A stretch of DNA of 64,000 nucleotides from an uncultured Planctomycetaceae bacterium (GCA_964619675.1 CAZUEO010000001.1:2138-66137); one strand, 5' to 3'. Counted from the stretch's first letter, positions 1-8,469 are shown. Numbers and translations are program-made. The notes: generated by a model not told the origin, from the letters alone.

Positions 1-1
1 T

Positions 2-148
2 TATAAATCCGCAAGAAATATTCCGAAAATATCCGTAATGAAGGTGGCAGACCTCAACGCAGGCAATATCTGCAATACGCAGAAGATGCTTTTCACAAAA
101 GATGCCTTTCTTGCGGTGGTTGAGAGAAACAAAAATGGACGATCATGA
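2..148 (+). CDS. rplD: 50S ribosomal protein L4, C-terminal fragment (gene begins upstream of window)
   Basis: The frame-2 translation is YKSARNIPKISVMKVADLNAGNICNTQKMLFTKDAFLAVVERNKNGRS*. It resembles the conserved L4 C-terminus (ARN..K..V...LT.DA...V.E). It lies directly upstream of L23, and its TGA at 146-148 overlaps the rplW ATG at 135. Confidence 0.75.
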   Translation, partial: YKSARNIPKISVMKVADLNAGNICNTQKMLFTKDAFLAVVERNKNGRS

Positions 149-413
149 AATAGTCATAAGGCCTTTGATAACCGAGCAGAGCACGCATCTTGCGAACGTT
201 AAGAGAGCATACTCGTTTGAGGTAAACAGGAAGGCCAGCAAGAATCAGATAAAAGGTGCCGTCGAGAGATTGTACAACGTGAAGGTAACGGATATAAGAA
301 CTGCCAACCGCAGGGGAAAGCCGCGAAGACGGGGCAGATTTATGGGAAAAACATCGGACTGGAAAAAAGCGGTTGTCGTGCTCGATGAGCAATATCATAT
401 TGATTTGTTCTAA
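135..413 (+). CDS. rplW: 50S ribosomal protein L23
   Basis: MDDHEIVIRPLITEQS...YSFEVNRKASKNQIKGAVERLYNVKV is a typical L23 sequence. The ATG at 135 inside ORF 102..413 gives the canonical length of 92 aa. Confidence 0.93.
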   Translation: MDDHEIVIRPLITEQSTHLANVKRAYSFEVNRKASKNQIKGAVERLYNVKVTDIRTANRRGKPRRRGRFMGKTSDWKKAVVVLDEQYHIDLF

Positions 414-444
414 GAAGTCAGAGATGAAAAAAAGAATTTAATTT

Positions 445-3400
445 ATGATGTTTGAGCCAAAAATATTGCTATTTATTGCGGTTGCTTTATTGTCGCAGAC
501 TTTCTTTGTTTTTGCAAGGCCGTATTATTCTGCCGACTTAAACGAAGATGAGTTTGTTGACTTTATCGACTTTGCAAAGTTTGCAGCGAACTGGCAGCAA
601 AGCGGGGAGAACATCGACGGAGATTTTGACAATAGCGGTTTAGTCGATGTTAACGATTTGCAACACTTTACACAGTATTGGTTGGAAGATGTGATTTATC
701 CTCCGATAGTGGAAGACCAGAATGTTATATTAACTCAGGGACATTCAGCAGGTATAGTACTCCAAGCAAACGATGAAAATAATGATGTTCTTGATTACTT
801 TGTAATAAGCTATCCTGCACATGGGGCTCTCGTGCTTGACGGCAATATGGCAGGTTACAATCCGTTTGCGGCTTATGACGGCAACGACAGCTTTATATTT
901 CTTGCCTATGACGGTAAATATGAAAGTGATATAGCAACGGTTTCCATTACTGTTCGGCCGGATACCGATGGAGACGGCCTTTCTGACTATGACGAAATCA
1001 ACGCTGTTTTCGGATATATTACCGACCCCTGTAACCCCAATTCAGATTCTGATATTATGCCGGACGGATGGGAAGTAGAAAATAGCCTTAATCCAACAGT
1101 CGATGACGGTAGTGGAGATGCCGATGGTGATGGACTTTGTAATGCAGATGAATATACCTATGGAACTAATCCGTATGTTCAGGATACTGACGGTGACGGT
1201 CTTCAAGATGGAATAGAAGTTAGCCCTGCCAATGGCTATGTAACAAATCCGACTAATCCTGATACCGACGGCGATGGTGTTAAAGATGGAGACGAATTAA
1301 GCTGGAATCTCAATCCGCTTGATACGGATACTGATGACGACGATTTAAATGATGGTGCTGAAGTTGCTTTCAACGGCAGTCAGGATTATAATCCGGTTCC
1401 GCCGGGTTATTATCAAGGTGATTTCAGAAATTACGATACCGATGCTAATGACTCGGATTCAGATACTGACGGTATGACCGACGGCTGGGAGGCACAATAT
1501 ACGCAGCCGGACAGTGAATATCTGGACCCCAGATACAAAGGTATAAGCTCATGGCTTGATGCGGAAAAAGATATAGACACTGATGGCTTAAAAAACATAG
1601 AAGAGTATCTCGGGCAGTATGGTAGTTATCAATTTGCTTGCAGTACAAATCCTCGAAACTGGGATACGGATGGTGACGGTGAGTGCGACGGAGACGAAGC
1701 TGGTGCGGACTTCTGGACACCATACACCTACAGGAGTGACCCTACTTTAATTGATACTGATAGTGATGGATTGGTTGATGGCTGGCATGGCGTAGTAAGT
1801 GCTCAAAGCTACCCGGAAGGGGTTGTTGTGGGCGGGTATGTTGTGGGTGAAAGGAATTATTCCACTAATACCCTTGATGATGATACTGATAATGACTCTA
1901 TGGGTGATGGGTGGGAAGTCAGGTATAGCAATGGCACTTTCAATCCCACCGTCAATTATTGGCGTAATGACGATTTTGATAGTGACGGCCTTAAGAACTA
2001 CGAAGACTCCCAGCAGGATACTGACCCCTGGAACTGTGACCATGATGGTGATGGGTTAGATGACGGCTGTGAGGTTAATGTATCAGGCACAGAACCTAAG
2101 AACGCCGATACGGATGGTGATAATCTTGTAGATGGTCTGGAGATAAACAGCTACCAGACTAATCCATTGGATTTCGATTCCGACGACGATTTGTTGCCGG
2201 ACGGCTGGGAGGTTCAATACAGCCTTGATCCAAGCAGCAGCATCGACAATAACGGCAAAAATGGAGACCCTGATGGTGATAATCTGATTAATTTTGACGA
2301 GCTTGTTTACGGTACAAATCCGCAGCAGGGCGATAGCGACAGTGACGGCACGAACGACGGGGCAGAAGTGGCACAGGGCAGCAATCCGGCCGACGGCTCT
2401 GACGGAGGCCAGACGCCAGCGGAAGATAAATACCTGAATGTAAAACTGACCGTAGGCGATCATAGCGGCAGTCATTCGGAGCGTTACAATCTTAAAGTCG
2501 GCTCAATTACGCATCAGGCCCCTGAATTCGGAGTTGTAGAAGAAAGAGGTTATCCCTTCGAGGTGGGCAAAAAATATGAAATCAGGATAATACATACCGG
2601 CAGCAATATATCGCCGCCGGATTATGACTATACCGCTCTTATTGAGCCGAATGAAACACTGGATGGCGTGGGCATTGTGATTGACGACCCGGAGGGGATA
2701 CTCGGTATTCATAGTGAGAGCACTTATTTCTATGCCAGGGGCAAGACAGCTTACCTTTATGTAGTCAAGTCAAGTCTGAAGATATACAACGGCGGCAACA
2801 ACGGCATCGCAGGCAGTGAATTTCCTGATGCAAACGAAATGGATTTGGGTTCTTATTTACTGGTCAACTGGGATGACGATGACGAGGATGATAAGCCTGA
2901 TTTATATAAATCAGGAACGGTCAGCGGCGATGACGATTTGGCTAAGATTGAATTATCCCTGCTGCCTGCCGAACTAAACAAAGGGACGCTCGAGTTTGTG
3001 AAAGCCGGCGGTACCGGCTGCAATGTTAAAATCTGGGATAGTGCCGATAAGCAAAACGAAATAACCGACCTTAGCTGGGATATTGCCAGCCAGACGCCGC
3101 CGAGCCAGTTGTGGCTCGAAGCGACGGCGGCAAGTAATTCCGAGCGTGATATTTCATTGGAACTAAGATATACCAATAACGGCACAACAATAGCTGATAC
3201 AGTCAAAGCCACCGCAGTTATGGTAAATCTCGGTAACGCTGTGTATAGAGATAATGAAGTTGGATGGGGTGTTGACCCGGAAAGAGGACATGCCGCGATA
3301 GTGTATAAATATACGGGTGCTTGCGCGCAAGATGCTTTTGATAGTGCCGATAACTTCGGGATTATAGCAATGAAGGGACCATCTGGTGACAAAACTTTAG

Positions 3401-3918
3401 CAAATATAACAAATTCTGGTGACCCATGTTATGGCTGTTACACGAACGTATCAGATATCACTTATGCCAAAAGGATTGCAATTATTAAAACAGCTAAGGA
3501 ACTTGCAGAGAGAGAGATTGAATATGAGGCTCTTAATGCGCTTATACCTCACAAGTGGGATGGTGCAATTAACAGCATTACTGACTTGCGCTGCGACGGG
3601 TTGGTTGAAGTATGCTATGAATTGAACGGTATTAATGTCTGGGCAATGAAACGTAATTACTACGGAATGAGTTATAACTACGATATTAGTGATTGGATAG
3701 ACATTTTAGAGTACGACAATCATGTTTGGCAATCTGGAGCAAATAATAAAAACGATAACTTAGAGGAACACAATGATTTTGATGTTGGTGATGAAAATGA
3801 TTGGAACGATACATTGCAGCCGGCAACTCAATGTGGCTATGTAACTCCGGTAGATGCAAAAACAAAATTTTCAAGGCAGGATTTATGCCAGCCCATAGGT
3901 CATAAGGGAGGGAACTGA
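445..3918 (+). CDS. Secreted multidomain protein: signal peptide, dockerin-like module, cadherin/Ig-like domain, about 17 thrombospondin type-3-like Ca-binding repeats, acidic beta-rich region, and a C-terminal putative permuted papain-like (NlpC/P60-YiiX-like) domain
   Basis: The N-terminus MMFEPKILLFIAVALLSQTFFVFA is hydrophobic. DLNEDEFVDFIDFAKFAANW plus DFDNSGLVDVNDLQHFTQYW form a dockerin-like pair. DxDxDGxxDxxE motifs recur repeatedly. Near the C-terminus, ERGHAAIVYKY (His codon 3289-3291) is followed about 100 aa later by LRCDGLVEVCYE (Cys codon 3592-3594), a His-then-Cys order. Confidence 0.8.
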   Translation: MMFEPKILLFIAVALLSQTFFVFARPYYSADLNEDEFVDFIDFAKFAANWQQSGENIDGDFDNSGLVDVNDLQHFTQYWLEDVIYPPIVEDQNVILTQGHSAGIVLQANDENNDVLDYFVISYPAHGALVLDGNMAGYNPFAAYDGNDSFIFLAYDGKYESDIATVSITVRPDTDGDGLSDYDEINAVFGYITDPCNPNSDSDIMPDGWEVENSLNPTVDDGSGDADGDGLCNADEYTYGTNPYVQDTDGDGLQDGIEVSPANGYVTNPTNPDTDGDGVKDGDELSWNLNPLDTDTDDDDLNDGAEVAFNGSQDYNPVPPGYYQGDFRNYDTDANDSDSDTDGMTDGWEAQYTQPDSEYLDPRYKGISSWLDAEKDIDTDGLKNIEEYLGQYGSYQFACSTNPRNWDTDGDGECDGDEAGADFWTPYTYRSDPTLIDTDSDGLVDGWHGVVSAQSYPEGVVVGGYVVGERNYSTNTLDDDTDNDSMGDGWEVRYSNGTFNPTVNYWRNDDFDSDGLKNYEDSQQDTDPWNCDHDGDGLDDGCEVNVSGTEPKNADTDGDNLVDGLEINSYQTNPLDFDSDDDLLPDGWEVQYSLDPSSSIDNNGKNGDPDGDNLINFDELVYGTNPQQGDSDSDGTNDGAEVAQGSNPADGSDGGQTPAEDKYLNVKLTVGDHSGSHSERYNLKVGSITHQAPEFGVVEERGYPFEVGKKYEIRIIHTGSNISPPDYDYTALIEPNETLDGVGIVIDDPEGILGIHSESTYFYARGKTAYLYVVKSSLKIYNGGNNGIAGSEFPDANEMDLGSYLLVNWDDDDEDDKPDLYKSGTVSGDDDLAKIELSLLPAELNKGTLEFVKAGGTGCNVKIWDSADKQNEITDLSWDIASQTPPSQLWLEATAASNSERDISLELRYTNNGTTIADTVKATAVMVNLGNAVYRDNEVGWGVDPERGHAAIVYKYTGACAQDAFDSADNFGIIAMKGPSGDKTLANITNSGDPCYGCYTNVSDITYAKRIAIIKTAKELAEREIEYEALNALIPHKWDGAINSITDLRCDGLVEVCYELNGINVWAMKRNYYGMSYNYDISDWIDILEYDNHVWQSGANNKNDNLEEHNDFDVGDENDWNDTLQPATQCGYVTPVDAKTKFSRQDLCQPIGHKGGN
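529..690 (+). other. Dockerin-like / EF-hand-like duplicated segment at the mature N-terminus of the 1157-aa protein
   Basis: SADLNEDEFVDFIDFAKFAANWQQSGENIDGDFDNSGLVDVNDLQHFTQYWL has two D-x-[ND]-x-[DS]-x-x-V-D segments, each followed by an amphipathic helix. This is the dockerin type I pattern. Confidence 0.6.
961..2367 (+). repeat. Protein-level array of about 17 thrombospondin type-3-like calcium-binding repeats
   Basis: The units run from DTDGDGLSDYDE through NSDSDIMPDGWE, DADGDGLCNADE, DTDGDGLQDGIE, DTDGDGVKDGDE and others to DPDGDNLINFDE and DSDSDGTNDGAE. I counted them by eye in the translation. Confidence 0.8.
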
Positions 3919-3920
3919 TT

Positions 3921-5099
3921 ATGAAAATTTGTAAAATTATCCTAATCGCTCTAATACCAGCTATAGCATTCCAGGTCAAAGCCGATGTGAATTACTGGCA
4001 GACTATGGAACAATTGCGAAAAGGAAATGCTGCTGATGCGAATATAACTTTCAAAGAATATGTAGAGTCTCTTAGTGCCGAGCAGTTGTTGGTTGCTGCC
4101 AGGCAATGCTCTAAAGAGGGACAGGAAAAAGTAAAGCCCGAGAGCTGGGACATAGCAATTGCGGCACTTGGTTTTTTTTATAAGTATTATCCTTTGGAGA
4201 CAAATAATCTTGAAGATATTTCGCCATTACTGGCTGATCTTGGAGATAAATCGCAACCGGCATTTTGGCGTTATTCACTTATGCAGCTTTTGGGCACTTC
4301 TTGGAATGAGAAACTTACTTTGCAGCAAAGTTTAAACGCTGCAAATGTTATGAAAATAATACTTGCAGATACACATGAGTTGAGATTTATCAGGGTGAAA
4401 GCAGCAAGAAAATCCACAGGGCTTTTTATAAAGGCTTATAGTATAAATCTCCGCGAAGACCCAGAGGTTAAGCGGCTTGTTGCAGAATGCAGGAGATATG
4501 AGGATGTTCTGGAAGATGCCGAAAACGGCAAAGTGCAGGTATCAGAAGAAACTGTCGAAAGGAATAAGCAGATTGAGGCAGCTATAGCCGACTCAATACA
4601 GGCGCAAATCGCTCTTTTAGCCGAGCCAAACATTCCGGTCTGTCTCGGACGTAGTCTTATTGGTAGCCTGATTGAACTTCGCGGCTATGACAGTGCCGGA
4701 CGGATAAAGCAGGCAATGAATAACGCACTGCAAAATTACAAAAACTACGATGAACAACTCTGGTTTCGGTTTGCAAGAACAAATATCATTTACTTCCAAA
4801 ATGAAGAGGCCGAGTCAATTCTGCAGCAGATGATTAGCGAAGTTAAAAGTGAACATGAGAAAAAGGAGCATTTAATCAGGTTAAAAAAAGAGTTGGATAA
4901 AGGTGAAATTGAGAAGCAGCCTCTTGTTAGTTGTCTGGTGGAATTGCCAGAGCCAGAGGTTGCCGAACCTGTAGATGTTAATGAGATGGTAAACTGGCTT
5001 GAGAAAATCTGGCTTGAAGATGAGTCGATAAGGGAGATAATAGATTCGAATCAGTGGCAGAAATTAATAGAGACCGTGAAACAGCAAACGGAAAACTAA
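3921..5099 (+). CDS. Exported all-alpha hypothetical protein (signal peptide, no recognisable family)
   Basis: MKICKIILIALIPAIAFQVKA|DVNYW looks like a signal peptide. The start lies 2 nt after the upstream stop. The helical sequence is rich in E/K/L/Q, and I recognise no motifs. Confidence 0.6.
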   Translation: MKICKIILIALIPAIAFQVKADVNYWQTMEQLRKGNAADANITFKEYVESLSAEQLLVAARQCSKEGQEKVKPESWDIAIAALGFFYKYYPLETNNLEDISPLLADLGDKSQPAFWRYSLMQLLGTSWNEKLTLQQSLNAANVMKIILADTHELRFIRVKAARKSTGLFIKAYSINLREDPEVKRLVAECRRYEDVLEDAENGKVQVSEETVERNKQIEAAIADSIQAQIALLAEPNIPVCLGRSLIGSLIELRGYDSAGRIKQAMNNALQNYKNYDEQLWFRFARTNIIYFQNEEAESILQQMISEVKSEHEKKEHLIRLKKELDKGEIEKQPLVSCLVELPEPEVAEPVDVNEMVNWLEKIWLEDESIREIIDSNQWQKLIETVKQQTEN

Positions 5100-5118
5100 A
5101 ACTTACGAGAAATGAATT

Positions 5119-5970
5119 ATGGGTATAAGAATATACAAACCAACGTCAAACGGACGGCGAAATTCGTCAGTCAATGATTATGCGGAACTGACGACGGACC
5201 GGCCGCAGAAGAGTCTCTGTGTGAGGATAAAAAAGGCCGGCGGAAGAAATAACGAGGGAAAGACCACCTGCCGATTCCGCGGCGGCGGTGCAAGAAAAAT
5301 ATACAGGATTATCGATTTCAAACGGAACAAAGATGCAGTAGCTGCAACGGTAGAAACAATTGAATATGACCCGAACAGAAACTGTTTTATTTCTCTTGTT
5401 CGCTACGACGACGGCGAGAAAAGATATATCCTTGCTCCACAGGGCCTGGCCGTCGGGCAGAAAATACAAAGCGGTTCGAGCGTTGAGCCGAAAGTCGGGA
5501 ATGCAATGCCGCTGGCAGCAATCCCGGTCAGCGTTGAAATTCATAATATTGAAATGACAGCAGGACAGGGAGGCAAACTCGTCAGAGGGGCAGGACTTGC
5601 CGCAAGACTGATGGCAAAAGAAGGCGACTGGGCAACTGTTATCCTGCCGAGCGGCGAAATGAGGATGCTGCGAGTCGAGTGCCGGGCAACAATCGGGACG
5701 CTGAGCAATCCTGATTATCAGAATATCAAAATCGGCAAGGCCGGCAGAATGAGACATCTGGGTATCAGACCGCACGTTCGCGGAAAGGCACAAAACCCTG
5801 TTTCGCACCCGATGGGTGGTGGTGAAGGCAGAGCCAACGGCGGCAGACATCCCTGCTCGCCGACGGGCTTGCCGGCAAAAGGCGGAAAAACAAGAAATCC
5901 GAGAAAGACAGGCAATAAACGAATTATACGAAGAAGAAAAACCAACAGAGGCGAACAATTGATGCTGTAG
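5119..5970 (+). CDS. rplB: 50S ribosomal protein L2
   Basis: [14 protein letters not shown]...[15 protein letters not shown]...HPMGGGEGR are canonical L2 motifs. Confidence 0.97.
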   Translation: MGIRIYKPTSNGRRNSSVNDYAELTTDRPQKSLCVRIKKAGGRNNEGKTTCRFRGGGARKIYRIIDFKRNKDAVAATVETIEYDPNRNCFISLVRYDDGEKRYILAPQGLAVGQKIQSGSSVEPKVGNAMPLAAIPVSVEIHNIEMTAGQGGKLVRGAGLAARLMAKEGDWATVILPSGEMRMLRVECRATIGTLSNPDYQNIKIGKAGRMRHLGIRPHVRGKAQNPVSHPMGGGEGRANGGRHPCSPTGLPAKGGKTRNPRKTGNKRIIRRRKTNRGEQLML

Positions 5971-5989
5971 TGAATGGACTGAGGCAATA

Positions 5990-6352
5990 ATGACAAGATC
6001 GCTTAAAAAAGGGCCGTTTGTAGATGTGAAGCTTTTGCAGAAGGTTTTAAAGCAGAGCCAGGTCGGCATTAAAGACCCTATTAAAACCTGGTCCAGACGC
6101 AGCACTATTGTTCCGGAATTTGTCGGGTTTACATTCCTCATACACAACGGAAAGACTTTCAATAAGCTTTTCGTTACCGAGGAAATGGTGGGGCATAAGC
6201 TGGGTGAATTTTCAATGACCCGCATTTTCAGGGGTCATTCGGGAGTTAAAGCAGCAGCGGCAGCAGCAGGCGGACCAGTAATGCCGGCAGGGCCGGCAGC
6301 ACCGGGGCCGGCAGCACCGACAGCGGCGCCAGCCAAACAGGCAGGAACGTAA
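5990..6352 (+). CDS. rpsS: 30S ribosomal protein S19 with a 30-35 aa Ala/Pro-rich C-terminal tail
   Basis: [16 protein letters not shown]...[23 protein letters not shown]...MVGHKLGEF is canonical S19. The tail [34 protein letters not shown] is extra. Confidence 0.95.
   Translation: MTRSLKKGPFVDVKLLQKVLKQSQVGIKDPIKTWSRRSTIVPEFVGFTFLIHNGKTFNKLFVTEEMVGHKLGEFSMTRIFRGHSGVKAAAAAAGGPVMPAGPAAPGPAAPTAAPAKQAGT
6290..6319 (+). repeat. Perfect 15-nt tandem duplication (gggccggcagcaccg x2) inside the rpsS tail, encoding [10 protein letters not shown]
   Basis: Read directly from the sequence: 6290-6304 equals 6305-6319. Confidence 0.9.
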
Positions 6353-6353
6353 A

Positions 6354-6902
6354 ATGTTAAGTGCAAATAAACTTGATAATCTGATTAAGCAGCAGGGCAA
6401 AAGCGTTGCCGAGCTGGCTGCTGCGGTAAAACGTGCGGGACTTAGCGAGCAGCAGGCTGTAAGCGCCATAAAAAACTGGCGAAAGGGATTGTTTAAAATC
6501 CTGCCGAGAAAAAGCGATGTCGAGGCGTTAGCTTCGGCTTTCGGAGTAGAAACTGCCGCTATTTCGGAGTGGAGGTCATCAGTAAAATATGCGCCGACTT
6601 CACCGAGAAAGGCAATGCTTGTTACGCAGCTTATCGCCGGCAGAAGCGCACAGGAAGCAATTGACGTGCTGAAATTTACGAGAAAAAGAGCTGCTGAAAT
6701 GGTGCAAAAGGCGTTAAAGAGCGCCATTGCAAATGCTGATGAGACGGGCGCAGATGTCGAGAATCTTTATGTCAGCCAGGCTCGCGTTGACGGCGCAGGC
6801 ATCAGAATCGGCACAAAAAGATGGATAGCGAAAGACAGAGGCAAGGCGTACTCTCTCAGGAAAATGGCCAGTCATATTCATATTACTGTGGCTGAGATGT
6901 AA
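6354..6902 (+). CDS. rplV: 50S ribosomal protein L22 with an N-terminal extension of about 70 aa (HTH-like)
   Basis: The core SPRKAMLVTQLIAGRSAQEAIDVLKFTRKRAAEMVQKALKSAIANA...SHIHITV is L22. The ATG lies 1 nt after the rpsS stop, and the frame stays open through the extension. Confidence 0.9.
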   Translation: MLSANKLDNLIKQQGKSVAELAAAVKRAGLSEQQAVSAIKNWRKGLFKILPRKSDVEALASAFGVETAAISEWRSSVKYAPTSPRKAMLVTQLIAGRSAQEAIDVLKFTRKRAAEMVQKALKSAIANADETGADVENLYVSQARVDGAGIRIGTKRWIAKDRGKAYSLRKMASHIHITVAEM

Positions 6903-7009
6903 ATATAAAACCCGTTAAACGGTTGCGCGGTTCGCAAGCGGTTACGTCAAGCGCAAGACGTTAGACGAAACGAGCGGCGTAGCCGATGAACGAAAAACGA
7001 AAGGTAAAT

Positions 7010-7834
7010 ATGGGTCAAAAGGTTCAGCCGATAGGATTCAGAACCGGCATCAGACTGCCGTGGCAGAGCACGTGGTTTGCTCCCAAGGCCGGTTACGGTC
7101 AGATGCTGGTTGAAGACCAGCGGATTCGCAAATATATAGACAGGAAGTATAACAGGCAGCCGCCATTCGCTGCCGTTTCAAAAGCTGAGATAGCAAGGAC
7201 AAGAAACGAAGTGAAGATTACTCTTCATACCGCAAGGCCTGGTATCGTAATCGGGCCTCGCGGCGCTGAGGTTGACAAGCTCAGACAAGACCTGGAAGAA
7301 ATTATAGGCAGACAGGTAGCCATAAATGTCATCGAAATCAAGGAGCCTGCTCTCGATGCGAGACTTGCCGCTGAAGTCATCGCTGGACAGATGAAGAAAC
7401 GTGTTGCATTCCGAAGGGCTATGAAGCAGCAATGTGAGCTGGCGATACAGGCCGGTGCAAAGGGCGTTAAAATCATCTGCTCCGGAAGGCTCGGCGGAGC
7501 TGAAATGGCAAGAAAAGAAACTCAGATGATAGGCAGCATTCCGCTGCATACCATCGATGCAGACGTTGATTATGCCGCTGTGGATGCCGTAACAACTTAT
7601 GGAACTATCGGCGTTAAGGTATGGATTTATAAAGGCAAATACGGCCAGCGTCTGCAGGAGCAGACCGGCAGAAAAACTCTTAGGAGACCGAGGGCTTTAA
7701 GGAGCCGGGCTAAAGCCGAAGCTAAACAGGCCGTTGCAGAGACTGCCGACGGGAATGAAAACAGCGGTGATGCCGGTGATTCCACGGCGGCGAAACAGAA
7801 TAAACAGGAAGATGTAAGTAAAGGTGAGGCATAA
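7010..7834 (+). CDS. rpsC: 30S ribosomal protein S3 (with an acidic/basic C-terminal tail of about 60 aa)
   Basis: MGQKVQPIGFRTGI...KH-domain...GRLGGAEMAR is canonical. The ATG at 7010 is preceded by aagg. An alternative ATG at 6986 would add 8 aa. Confidence 0.95.
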   Translation: MGQKVQPIGFRTGIRLPWQSTWFAPKAGYGQMLVEDQRIRKYIDRKYNRQPPFAAVSKAEIARTRNEVKITLHTARPGIVIGPRGAEVDKLRQDLEEIIGRQVAINVIEIKEPALDARLAAEVIAGQMKKRVAFRRAMKQQCELAIQAGAKGVKIICSGRLGGAEMARKETQMIGSIPLHTIDADVDYAAVDAVTTYGTIGVKVWIYKGKYGQRLQEQTGRKTLRRPRALRSRAKAEAKQAVAETADGNENSGDAGDSTAAKQNKQEDVSKGEA

Positions 7835-7836
7835 TC

Positions 7837-8259
7837 ATGGCACTTATGCCAAAAAGAGTTAAGTATAGAAAAAGCCAGAGAGGCAAAATGAAGGGGAATG
7901 CCTCAAGGATGAATTATGTCGCCTTTGGCGAATACGGTCTGCAGTCTTTAGAGACGAGCTGGGTAACCGGCAAGCAGATTGAGGCCGGCAGAGTCGCAGC
8001 CAGCCATTTCCTGCAAAGAGTGGGAAAGGTGTATATAAGGATTTTCCCGCATAAGTCCATAACCAAAAAGCCGCTTGAGACGAGAATGGGAAAAGGAAAA
8101 GCCGAAGTTGAACAGTGGGTGGCCTGTGTAAAGTCGGGTGTGGTTATGTTTGAAATAGGCGGAGTCAGTGAGGACGTTGCAAAAAGGGCACTGGCAAGAG
8201 TCGCTCATAAAATGCCGGTAAAGTGCAGATTTGTTACCAGAAGTCATACCGTCGGGTAA
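7837..8259 (+). CDS. rplP: 50S ribosomal protein L16
   Basis: MLMPKRVKYRKSQRGKMKG...RMGKGKAEVEQWVA is canonical L16. Confidence 0.97.
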   Translation: MALMPKRVKYRKSQRGKMKGNASRMNYVAFGEYGLQSLETSWVTGKQIEAGRVAASHFLQRVGKVYIRIFPHKSITKKPLETRMGKGKAEVEQWVACVKSGVVMFEIGGVSEDVAKRALARVAHKMPVKCRFVTRSHTVG

Positions 8260-8265
8260 GGTGAT

Positions 8266-8469
8266 TTGATGAAGGCGAAAGATTTACGAGAAATGAGACC
8301 GGATGAATGGCAGAACGAGCTTGAAAGTTTCGAAAAGCAATTGTTCGACCTTCGAACGAGGGCAGTAACAGAGAAACTCGAAAATACGCACCTGCTGCGG
8401 AATATAAAAAGAGATATCGCAAGGCTCAAGACGATTATCAGGGAAAGCCAGTTAAAGGGTAAAAAATAA
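8266..8469 (+). CDS. rpmC: 50S ribosomal protein L29
   Basis: MKAKDLREMRPDEWQNELESFEKQLFDLR has the L29 pattern, and the gene sits between L16 and S17. Confidence 0.93.
   Translation: MMKAKDLREMRPDEWQNELESFEKQLFDLRTRAVTEKLENTHLLRNIKRDIARLKTIIRESQLKGKK

Noticed and set aside
414-444. A search for mobile-element signatures flanking the operon insertion: att-like direct repeats, an integrase, a tRNA target or inverted repeats.
   Set aside because: I could see none at either junction (414-444 or 5100-5118), so I do not call a mobile element. The insertion mechanism remains unknown.
5167-6225. A 352-aa ORF on the minus strand, spanning rplB and rpsS.
   Set aside because: It lies antisense to two unmistakable ribosomal protein genes. 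Its Cys/Ser/Arg-rich translation has no motifs. It is a shadow ORF caused by codon bias on the opposite strand. The same reasoning applies to 6212..6727, 9932..10606, 11225..11647, 11466..11942, 12882..13490, 15702..16337 and 17337..17771.
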